Part shown: in pieces, positions 25,285 through 32,000 of the stretch
Layout: the number at the start of each line of letters is the position of its first letter
Position numbering within the stretch: position 1 is the first letter of the stretch
Assembly: GCF_001465295.1 (NCBI RefSeq)
Contig: NZ_CP011035.1
Location: 210,001-242,000 of the forward strand
Origin: Pseudoalteromonas translucida KMM 520
Lineage (GTDB): Bacteria > Pseudomonadota > Gammaproteobacteria > Enterobacterales > Alteromonadaceae
DNA length: 32,000 bases
Reading direction: 5' to 3'
Notes under the pieces: model-generated
The model's database searches: none
Seen by the model: only the letters and a program-made list of their open reading frames with translations
Told to the model about the DNA's origin: nothing
Made by a program: the position numbers and the translations under genes

Positions 25285-27909
25285 TCACTTCATCGTATGA
25301 ATAGTTAAGCCGCTAAGGTTATTAGTCGGTTGTTTGCTAAATAAGGCACTGGCAACATAGCCAACAAAAATACAGCTAACTATGCCAATGGTGCCAAATA
25401 AATAGCCTTCTACTAGCTCAAATATCCATGCAAACATCATAGTAATTACGCCAAAAAACAACCCAACCATGGCACCGGAGGCATTGGCTCGGGTACTAAT
25501 TATCCCCAAAATAAATAGCCCACCGAGTGCGCCCATAAACATACCCACCACTTTAAAGTACTCCTCCATTAACGAGCGAATTTCGGGGCTAATAAATAAT
25601 AAGCCAACTAAAGTACCAAAAATGCCTACTAATAGAGTTAACAGTCGCGCTGCATTTAGGTAGCCTTTTTCACTGCGGCAAAGATTAAAAGGGCGCATAA
25701 AATCGGTTACTAAAGTGGTCGACATTGAGTTCATACTGGTTGATACGGTCGATTGCGCAGCAGCAAAAATGCCAGCAATAATAAGCCCTGCAATGCCAAT
25801 AGGTAGCTCACTTGAAATAAAAGCAGGGAATATTTGGTCAATTTGTTTGGTTGGATCGAGTTTTTCGGGATTCGACTGGTAAAAAACATATAAACCAGTA
25901 CCAATAATAAAAAACAATACAGATGCTACCGGTGCCATAATACCGTTAGTCCAAATTGATTTGCGGGCAGAGGCCACATCTTTAGTGGTCATGTAGCGTT
26001 GTACAATAGATTGATCGGCTGTATAAGTTGATAGATTTTGCCCTATACCGCCCAGCACAATTACCCAGATAGAGAGCTTAGTGAAACTATCCATACTGAA
26101 GTCTAGATCAAGGGTTTTAAACTTGTCATTGGCGATACCACTGCGAAATATTTCCGCTATGCCACCATCAACACCACTGACAATATAAGCAAAGCATAAT
26201 AGCGCGCCTAAAAGCAGAACCACGGTTTGTATAGTGTCGGTCCAAATAACGGCTTCAATACCACCGAGCGTGCAATATATTAAGCTCAGTACTCCAATGA
26301 TCAGCACGCACTGCCACGCATCAAAAGGAGTTACAGCTGCAAGCGCAAGTGCAGTTAACGCCATAACAATACCCATACGACTAATATGAAACAGGGTAAA
26401 TAAGCCACTAGCAAACAGGCGCACCGGCATATTAAAGCGCAGTGATAAAAACTCATAAGCACTGGTTGCATCTATTTTACGAAAGAACGGCATAGCAACA
26501 TAAGCTGCAATGGGCGTTACCGCCAAAATCATCCAAATACCGCCCCAATATAACCAGTCGGTTCTGTAAACAATGGCAGGAATACCCACAAAGGTCAGCG
26601 AGCTGAGCATAGTTGCGTACATTGAGCAGGCATTGGCCCACCAAGGAATATTTTGGCCACCACGGAAGTAGTCGTTCACGTTTTTGTTTTTAAACACGAA
26701 GTACACGCCAATTAGCACCATAGCAAACAAGTACACAACCAATACCGTCATATTTTGCCAACCAAAGGCGTCACTCGCCTCAGCAATTGCTGCCAATTTT
26801 AGGCTGCTATTAAATTTACTGGCTTGATGAACGAGTATTTTTCCATCCCAAGGTAATACTGCCATTGAATTTGCTGCTTGATGAACAGGCATTGCAGCTT
26901 GATGAACAGGCATAGCCAAAAGCTGTGGATCAATGCTGTCATATTTTGCCCACACATTAGTGATGGCGTTATAGCTCAGCACTTGTTTTTGGTTGGCGCT
27001 ACTGGCAAACAGTAAAAAATGAGACTGACCAATTGCCAGTGCATTACCAGAGCTCAGCTGTAAATTAGGTAACTCACTGTTAAACCCGCTTTGTGGTATC
27101 CAATGTGGCTGTGAATCATCTGTCTTATATTTCCATAGTGAACTTTGGCTGTTGGAATTTGGCATTTCTAAAGCAAATAATACATCTCCACGGCCGTCAT
27201 TTTGGCTAACTAATGTAATTGATTGCGGGCGAGGGGTTAATTTTTGCCAGTTTGCAGCTGCAGTATAGTGCTTTGGCTCACTACCTTGGGTGAAAGCAGC
27301 TAGCGCTGATGTGGTTAAATCAAGCGCATAAAGTGCAGTGGTTTTACCTGTGTCAGTTGCCGTTACCAGTACATATAAGGTACTACCAACAAAAGCAGCA
27401 GAACCTTCACGCATAGGAATAGGCAGCGCAGGCAGTGTATGCATTTCTATGCCAGATGCTTGATTACGACGCACTAGCAAGGTGTCGTTAAAGGTATGAG
27501 TTTCATCACTGCCACCAAGCAGTACTATGCCATTTTCAAAAGAGGCAGAGGCTCCATAAGCACGAGGTGAAGGCAGCTTAATGGCAGCTTTTTTCCAATT
27601 TAAAGTACGTGGCTGATTAGGGTTTTGCTCCCCAAGCCATATTGAGCTGAGGTATTTGGGTGCGCTACTACGGGAGTTGTTAGTGCTTATTCCGCCAGCA
27701 ATTACCAGTAATTCATTATGTACCCCAACTAAAGGAGCATAGCGAGAAACGGCTTCTACTGGCGCGGCTTGCTCACTCCAGTGTAGTGCAATGCGCTCGC
27801 CAGCATATGCATGAGAAGTTAAGCCAAGCAAGATTGCCAAAAGGCAAAAAATAACATGTAAAGCTCGCAATGAATGGGTGCGTAAGCGCATTAAAAAAAG
27901 GCGATGCAT
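25285..27909 (-). CDS. Second fusion protein: periplasmic Kelch/NanM-like propeller (~385 aa) plus an SSS symporter (SiaT-like)
   Basis: 874 aa. Signal peptide ...LLGLTSHAYA. Kelch-like blades (LLVIAGGIS, PRAYGASASFENGIVLLGGSD, MREGSAAFVGSTLYVL, NWQKLTP, NVWAKYD). The SSS core is highly similar to 13321-15759, whereas the propellers are strongly diverged. Confidence 0.85.
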   Translation of the reverse strand: MHRLFLMRLRTHSLRALHVIFCLLAILLGLTSHAYAGERIALHWSEQAAPVEAVSRYAPLVGVHNELLVIAGGISTNNSRSSAPKYLSSIWLGEQNPNQPRTLNWKKAAIKLPSPRAYGASASFENGIVLLGGSDETHTFNDTLLVRRNQASGIEMHTLPALPIPMREGSAAFVGSTLYVLVTATDTGKTTALYALDLTTSALAAFTQGSEPKHYTAAANWQKLTPRPQSITLVSQNDGRGDVLFALEMPNSNSQSSLWKYKTDDSQPHWIPQSGFNSELPNLQLSSGNALAIGQSHFLLFASSANQKQVLSYNAITNVWAKYDSIDPQLLAMPVHQAAMPVHQAANSMAVLPWDGKILVHQASKFNSSLKLAAIAEASDAFGWQNMTVLVVYLFAMVLIGVYFVFKNKNVNDYFRGGQNIPWWANACSMYATMLSSLTFVGIPAIVYRTDWLYWGGIWMILAVTPIAAYVAMPFFRKIDATSAYEFLSLRFNMPVRLFASGLFTLFHISRMGIVMALTALALAAVTPFDAWQCVLIIGVLSLIYCTLGGIEAVIWTDTIQTVVLLLGALLCFAYIVSGVDGGIAEIFRSGIANDKFKTLDLDFSMDSFTKLSIWVIVLGGIGQNLSTYTADQSIVQRYMTTKDVASARKSIWTNGIMAPVASVLFFIIGTGLYVFYQSNPEKLDPTKQIDQIFPAFISSELPIGIAGLIIAGIFAAAQSTVSTSMNSMSTTLVTDFMRPFNLCRSEKGYLNAARLLTLLVGIFGTLVGLLFISPEIRSLMEEYFKVVGMFMGALGGLFILGIISTRANASGAMVGLFFGVITMMFAWIFELVEGYLFGTIGIVSCIFVGYVASALFSKQPTNNLSGLTIHTMK
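26876..26917 (-). repeat. In-frame 21-bp tandem duplication inside the propeller-coding part (AMPVHQA AMPVHQA)
   Basis: Unit 1 is 26876-26896 (gcttgatgaacaggcattgca). Unit 2 is 26897-26917 (gcttgatgaacaggcatagcc). They match at 18 of 21 positions. A related gcttgatgaac occurs at 26822-26832. Confidence 0.85.
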
Positions 27910-27974
27910 AGCGGGTATTCCTATTATTTTTAGCAGAGTTTAATACACAAAGATGGATAACACTGTTTTGGATG

Positions 27975-27989
27975 TATACCTGTTATACC
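27975..27989 (-). promoter_or_regulatory. NanR operator upstream of the second fusion-transporter/sialidase operon
   Basis: The minus strand reads GGTATA-ACA-GGTATA, a perfect 15-mer identical to the E. coli operator core, 66-80 nt upstream of the ATG at 27909. Confidence 0.8.
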
Positions 27990-28232
27990 AGTTGTTATTT
28001 TCTAAATCTAGCAATACGAGGTGAATAGGGTGAATTAATTGTTGATGTTGTAGTCGGTAGGTAAATAAATGTTATGTAGGGCATCGCAGGTTTATTAATA
28101 ATATCAACCGCCACTAGCACTTAGCGCGAGATAGCGTGTGGGTTGCTGAGCATATTTTAATAAAACTGCTATTAACCTAAAAAATAAAACATGCAATAAA
28201 AGGAAGGTTATTACATCTGGTTACTTCGTAAC

Positions 28233-29549
28233 TTAGCTATTTATCTTAACGGGCACGGTAAATTCTGCAATAAATAACGCGTTATCATTTTTAAGAATGA
28301 GTGAGCCTTGATACTTTTCGGCGATGCTCGCCACAATTGACAGGCCAAGCCCAGCGCCGTTTACAGTCCCTTTACGCCAAAAACGAGTTGCCATATTAGT
28401 TAAATCGGCCGGGTTAATATGGGCGTGGTTACTAATGGTTATTTTTAGTGCTGTGGCTGTTAAATTAGCGGCTAAAATGATTGGTGTATTCGCTTTGCTG
28501 TACTTAAATGCGTTATCAAGTAAATTACGACACACTATAGTGAGCATGGCACTGGGAATACAGTACACTGGCTGGCTTGCTGTTATGCTATAGGTTAAGC
28601 GGGCGCTATTGTTGTTTGATTCTGTTACCACAGTAGTAATTAACGACTCAAGTTTCCAAGGCTCTGTAATGTTTAGCGGCGTGTCGGCATCTACATGGGC
28701 CAATACCAGTAGATTGTCTAAAATGGCATTTAATCTATGCGCACTTTTTTTAGCTTGCCCTAGTGCTTTTTGTTGGGTGGCATCTTGCGTAAGCTCTGCT
28801 AATTGTATTTGCGCTAAAATACCGGCTAGTGGGGTTCTTAGCTCATGCGCGGCATTACTGGTAAAGTGTTTTTCGCGGCTGATCCCTTTTGCTAAGCGTG
28901 CCATTAAGGCATTTTGGCTAGTAATAAGCGGTTGCAGTTCTTTTAAAGGCTGGTTTAACTGTATCGGTTCTAAGTCGTGACTGCCGCGTTTTTCAAGCGC
29001 GTGTATTAATAAATTTATTGGCCGTATTCCTGTGCCAATGGCAAACCAAAGTAATACGAGGGCAACAAAAATAGCTAACGCGGGTGGAATGAGTATGCTA
29101 ATGAGCAAGTCGTGATAGAGCACATCGCGCTCGGCCACTTTATCGGCAATGGTAATTTTATATTGCACAGTAATTAAGGTGAATGTACGCCACTGCGCTT
29201 GCTCAGAGCTTAAATAACTAAAACCTTGGTTTAGGGTTGGCTGATTGGGAAACGATTGACTGTTACTACTGGCAATTATACTGCCTTGCAAGGAGCTAAT
29301 TTGACAGGTTAGGCCTTTTTCAGTGTTTACCCCACTGGCATTTATAATATCAGGGAGGCTTTTACTGAGCGCATCTTTGGGTACATGGGCTAAAATGTTA
29401 CCTAACATAAAAGCGGTTGAGCGCAGGCGCTGATCAAAGTTAACTTCTAACTTATTATTTAACCCCGATATCATCCACACACTGGCGATAAGCCAAAAGC
29501 CTAAAAATACCGCTGCAACCAATACTGTTAACCGTAAACGCAAGCTCAT
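28233..29549 (-). CDS. Two-component sensor histidine kinase (EnvZ/QseC-like: two TM segments and a periplasmic sensor domain)
   Basis: 438 aa. TM1 near the N-terminus and TM2 around LISILIPPALAIFVALVLLWF. H-box SNAAHELRTPL. N-box LLDNAFKY. G2-box GAGLGLSIV. The start overlaps the regulator stop (TAATG). Confidence 0.9.
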   Translation of the reverse strand: MSLRLRLTVLVAAVFLGFWLIASVWMISGLNNKLEVNFDQRLRSTAFMLGNILAHVPKDALSKSLPDIINASGVNTEKGLTCQISSLQGSIIASSNSQSFPNQPTLNQGFSYLSSEQAQWRTFTLITVQYKITIADKVAERDVLYHDLLISILIPPALAIFVALVLLWFAIGTGIRPINLLIHALEKRGSHDLEPIQLNQPLKELQPLITSQNALMARLAKGISREKHFTSNAAHELRTPLAGILAQIQLAELTQDATQQKALGQAKKSAHRLNAILDNLLVLAHVDADTPLNITEPWKLESLITTVVTESNNNSARLTYSITASQPVYCIPSAMLTIVCRNLLDNAFKYSKANTPIILAANLTATALKITISNHAHINPADLTNMATRFWRKGTVNGAGLGLSIVASIAEKYQGSLILKNDNALFIAEFTVPVKINS

Positions 29550-30220
29550 TAGTGGCTCACCTCTATTGTGCCTAATCTAAAGCCTAGGCCACGTATGGTT
29601 TCTATTGCCGGTGCGCCTAACTTTTTACGTAAATTAAAAATATGTACGTTAAGTGCGTTACTCGCTACATCATCGCACACGCCATAAAGTACATTTTTTA
29701 ACTGGCTTTGGGTTAAAATTTGTTGCGGACTATTTAAAAAAGTTTGCAGTAATAAGTCCTCGTTACGTGACAAGCAAACAAGCGTGCCATTGAGTAATGC
29801 TTTATGTTGCTCTAAATCGTATTGCAGAGCGCCGTGAGTAATTGTATTGCTGAGCCTATCGCTTGCGCGGCGCTTTAAACTTAATAGCCGCGCTAGTAAC
29901 TCTCTTAAATCAAAAGGTTTTACCAAATAGTCGTCGGCGCCTTTTTTTAATCCAATAACTTTGTCATCTATGGTATTGCTGGCGGTAAGAATAAGCACGG
30001 GGAGCGAAAAACGATTGTCACGCAGCCAGCTTAACCAGTTAATGCCATTACCATCGGGTAGGTTTAAATCAAGAATGCATAAATCAAAATTGCTTGATTG
30101 CATATAAGTAGTAGCTGCGCCCAGGGTACTAACGTGCTCAACGGCTTGCCCTTGGTGGGTTAAGTAAGTACAGATAGCATCGGCTATTACTTCGTCATCT
30201 TCCACTAACAATACAAACAT
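29549..30220 (-). CDS. OmpR/PhoB-family response regulator
   Basis: Receiver MFVLLVEDDEVI...DLCILDLNLPDGNG...KPF plus a winged-helix C-terminus (...IETIRGLGFRL). The track ORF extends to 30268, but the ATG at 30220 gives the canonical receiver N-terminus. Confidence 0.9.
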   Translation of the reverse strand: MFVLLVEDDEVIADAICTYLTHQGQAVEHVSTLGAATTYMQSSNFDLCILDLNLPDGNGINWLSWLRDNRFSLPVLILTASNTIDDKVIGLKKGADDYLVKPFDLRELLARLLSLKRRASDRLSNTITHGALQYDLEQHKALLNGTLVCLSRNEDLLLQTFLNSPQQILTQSQLKNVLYGVCDDVASNALNVHIFNLRKKLGAPAIETIRGLGFRLGTIEVSH

Positions 30221-30381
30221 ACTCGCCACTCTATTAAAAAACACCCTAACTAGAATACCTGTTTCCATTTATTAAGTAACTGCTATGTGCTTATTTACTA
30301 TTAATTTTTGCTCTTAATATTGGCTTAATTAACGCTTTGTATACTATAGCGGCTAACCGTATTTAAAGAAGATTTATAGCT

Positions 30382-31203
30382 ATGTTAAGTATTTCACTCG
30401 GGCCGTTTGTTATTGCCATTTCGCAGCTTATTATTTTATTAGGCTTAGGCGTATTTTGGGGGCTTACCTATTTACAAACTCGTAAGCAACCACAACAAAA
30501 AGCAATTTTAGACACTGTATTTAAAGCGTTTGTGGTGGGCTTTATTGTTGCGCGATTAATGTTTGTTTTGACTATGTGGGATGCGTATCAAGAAAACTGG
30601 TGGCAACTTATTAATATAAGTGATGGCGGCTTTATGCCTTCTTATGGCTGGGTGGCGGGTGCGCTTGTGTTGGTGCTGTATGCGCGAGGCAAAAAAGCAG
30701 TACTGAAAACCTATTTTATCGCGGCTATTGTCGCGCTGTTTACCATTATGGTGCCTACCTTTGCAGCCTCTATTTATAAAGCAGGGGTTGAGCTGCCACA
30801 ATCTGCGGTATATAACCTGCGTGGTAAAGAGGTTGATTTACAATCATTTAAAGGCAAACCTGTCGTTATTAACTTTTGGGCGTCGTGGTGCCCACCGTGT
30901 CGTAAAGAAATGCCGGTATTACAGGCTGCACAAAAAAATAATCCTAATATTGCCTTTGTTTTTGTTAACCAAGGAGAGGACTTATTTACGGTACAAAAAT
31001 TTATAAATGCTGAGCAGCTCGACTTACAAAATGTGTTTTTTGATCAAAACAGTAATGTAAGTCGTGAATCCGGAGCTGCTGGGCTACCAACCACGCTTTT
31101 TTATAGCAGTGATGGCAAATTAGTAACCAGTCACATGGGAGAGCTCTCACACGCGAGTTTGCGTTATTACATGCAAGCTATAAATCAACAGTCTGCACAA
31201 TAA
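30382..31203 (+). CDS. Membrane-anchored TlpA/ResA-like thiol:disulfide oxidoreductase (polytopic N-terminal domain plus periplasmic thioredoxin fold)
   Basis: 273 aa. About 4 hydrophobic segments in the first ~140 aa, then a thioredoxin-fold domain with WASWCPPCRKEMP (CxxC). Confidence 0.85.
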   Translation: MLSISLGPFVIAISQLIILLGLGVFWGLTYLQTRKQPQQKAILDTVFKAFVVGFIVARLMFVLTMWDAYQENWWQLINISDGGFMPSYGWVAGALVLVLYARGKKAVLKTYFIAAIVALFTIMVPTFAASIYKAGVELPQSAVYNLRGKEVDLQSFKGKPVVINFWASWCPPCRKEMPVLQAAQKNNPNIAFVFVNQGEDLFTVQKFINAEQLDLQNVFFDQNSNVSRESGAAGLPTTLFYSSDGKLVTSHMGELSHASLRYYMQAINQQSAQ

Positions 31204-31212
31204 GGATGCCTC

Positions 31213-31986
31213 ATGAAGTTAATTTATTTACTGCCATTACTAGCGTTTACCTCGCCCCTATTGGCTCAACAAAAAGCACTGCCAGCACCCCTTAAGTTAG
31301 TTACTGAGCAAGGCGGCGAAATAGTCAGTGAGTTTGCAGCGCCTGCCAACATGAAAGGCTATGTTGCCGACTTTAAAGGCCAAGTTATTACTTTATATAT
31401 CACCGCCGACGAGCAATATTTACTTACTGGCCCTATGCTTGACGCCAATGGTAATAATGTAGGAGAGCAAGCAGAAAACGACTACGCTACAGGCCCTAAA
31501 GCGCAAAAAGACTGGCAAACATTAGAGAGTAGCCATTGGATAGTCGATGGTTCAGCCAAGGCAAAGCGAGTAGTTTATACCTTCACCGATCCCAATTGCC
31601 CTTATTGCAGAAAGTTTTGGCAAAATGCGCGTCCTTGGGTTGACGCAGGTGAGGTACAAATACGCCATATTTTAGTGGGTATTTTAAAAGCCGACAGCTT
31701 AGGCAAAGCGGCGGCTATTATGAGTGCCAGTAACCCTGAAGAAGTGTTAAAAAAGTTTGAAAACGATAATTTAGCGCGTACATTACAGCCGCTAAAAAAT
31801 CCACCTGAGCAGATAAATGCGCAATTAATGAAAAACCATCAAATAATGATGAGTGTTGGTGCCAGAGCAACCCCCGCTACTTTTTATCACGATGCTAATG
31901 GGGCGGTAAAAATGCAAATGGGCTTACCGCCTGCGTCATTAATGACTGAGATCCTTGGCCCACGGCCAAGTAAGCTAACCAAGTAA
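31213..31986 (+). CDS. dsbG: Periplasmic thiol:disulfide interchange protein DsbG
   Basis: 257 aa. Signal peptide ...PLLAQQ. Colinear with E. coli DsbG: LPAPLK, MKGY, SHWIVDG, FTDPNCPYCRKFWQNARPWVDAGEVQIRHILVG (CPYC active site), ATPATFY. AAGGAT RBS. Confidence 0.88.
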   Translation: MKLIYLLPLLAFTSPLLAQQKALPAPLKLVTEQGGEIVSEFAAPANMKGYVADFKGQVITLYITADEQYLLTGPMLDANGNNVGEQAENDYATGPKAQKDWQTLESSHWIVDGSAKAKRVVYTFTDPNCPYCRKFWQNARPWVDAGEVQIRHILVGILKADSLGKAAAIMSASNPEEVLKKFENDNLARTLQPLKNPPEQINAQLMKNHQIMMSVGARATPATFYHDANGAVKMQMGLPPASLMTEILGPRPSKLTK

Positions 31987-32000
31987 AAAACCAACTTAGT

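Noticed and set aside
15170-28980. Other track ORFs antisense to large genes: 15170-15406, 17039-17290, 17973-18233, 19690-20052, 20059-20250, 21326-21532, 21803-21997, 22553-22768, 23085-23312, 24499-24744, 25469-25663, 28324-28593, 28609-28980
   Set aside because: Each is embedded in, and opposite to or out of frame with, a confidently identified CDS. None shows recognisable motifs. All are treated as shadow ORFs.
16696-30268. N-terminal extensions given by the ORF track for 16696-17679 (TTG start, MQLKRIN...) and 29549-30268 (METGILVRVFFNRVAS...)
   Set aside because: Internal ATGs at 17658 and 30220 give N-termini that fit better. The first has AAAGGA upstream of MKIIVGAY. The second yields the canonical receiver start MFVLLVEDDE. 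The extensions are probably read-through of upstream sequence.
30556-31006. ORFs 30556-30801 (-) and 30728-31006 (+) inside the TlpA-like gene
   Set aside because: They overlap a CDS that has a clear TM-plus-thioredoxin architecture. Their translations are Arg/His/Lys-rich with no motifs.

Overview
The window looks like a 32-kb chromosomal segment from an AT-leaning gammaproteobacterium. Ortholog resemblance and the many TonB-dependent receptors suggest a marine Alteromonadales or Pseudoalteromonas-like organism, but this is unverified inference. All calls were made by eye from the sequence and ORF track; no searches were run.

Layout:
1. 1-1947: three co-directional ORFs, the first two translationally coupled, ending in a divergent FtsZ-family GTPase that keeps the FtsZ C-terminal docking peptide but is not in a dcw context.
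2. 1990-5457: two tandem, mutually diverged P4-like tyrosine recombinases in a block that looks more AT-rich by eye.
3. 5610-5864: the yfhL ferredoxin.
4. 5920-6424: a rearrangement scar. A 146-bp second copy of the nagB 3' end is joined head-on to a frameshifted receiver-domain remnant.
5. 6570-10411: an exported amidohydrolase plus a TonB-dependent receptor, preceded by a ~500-nt non-coding leader.
6. 10911-27909: a ~17-kb sialic-acid utilisation locus containing nagB, nanK, nanE, nanR, nanA and nagA, two Kelch/NanM-like-propeller::SSS-symporter fusions, a TonB-dependent receptor, a signal-peptide-less small sialidase, an uncharacterised 320-aa protein and an alpha/beta hydrolase. Four intergenic promoters carry E. 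coli-type NanR operators (GGTATA repeats).
7. 28233-31986: an OmpR/EnvZ-type two-component system transcribed divergently from a membrane TlpA-like thioredoxin and dsbG.

Most worth following up are the accessory FtsZ operon next to the integrases and the PUL-like, NanR-wired sialic-acid locus with its fused mutarotase-transporters, apparently cytoplasmic sialidase and two unassigned NanR-controlled enzymes. No rRNA, tRNA or CRISPR array was seen.
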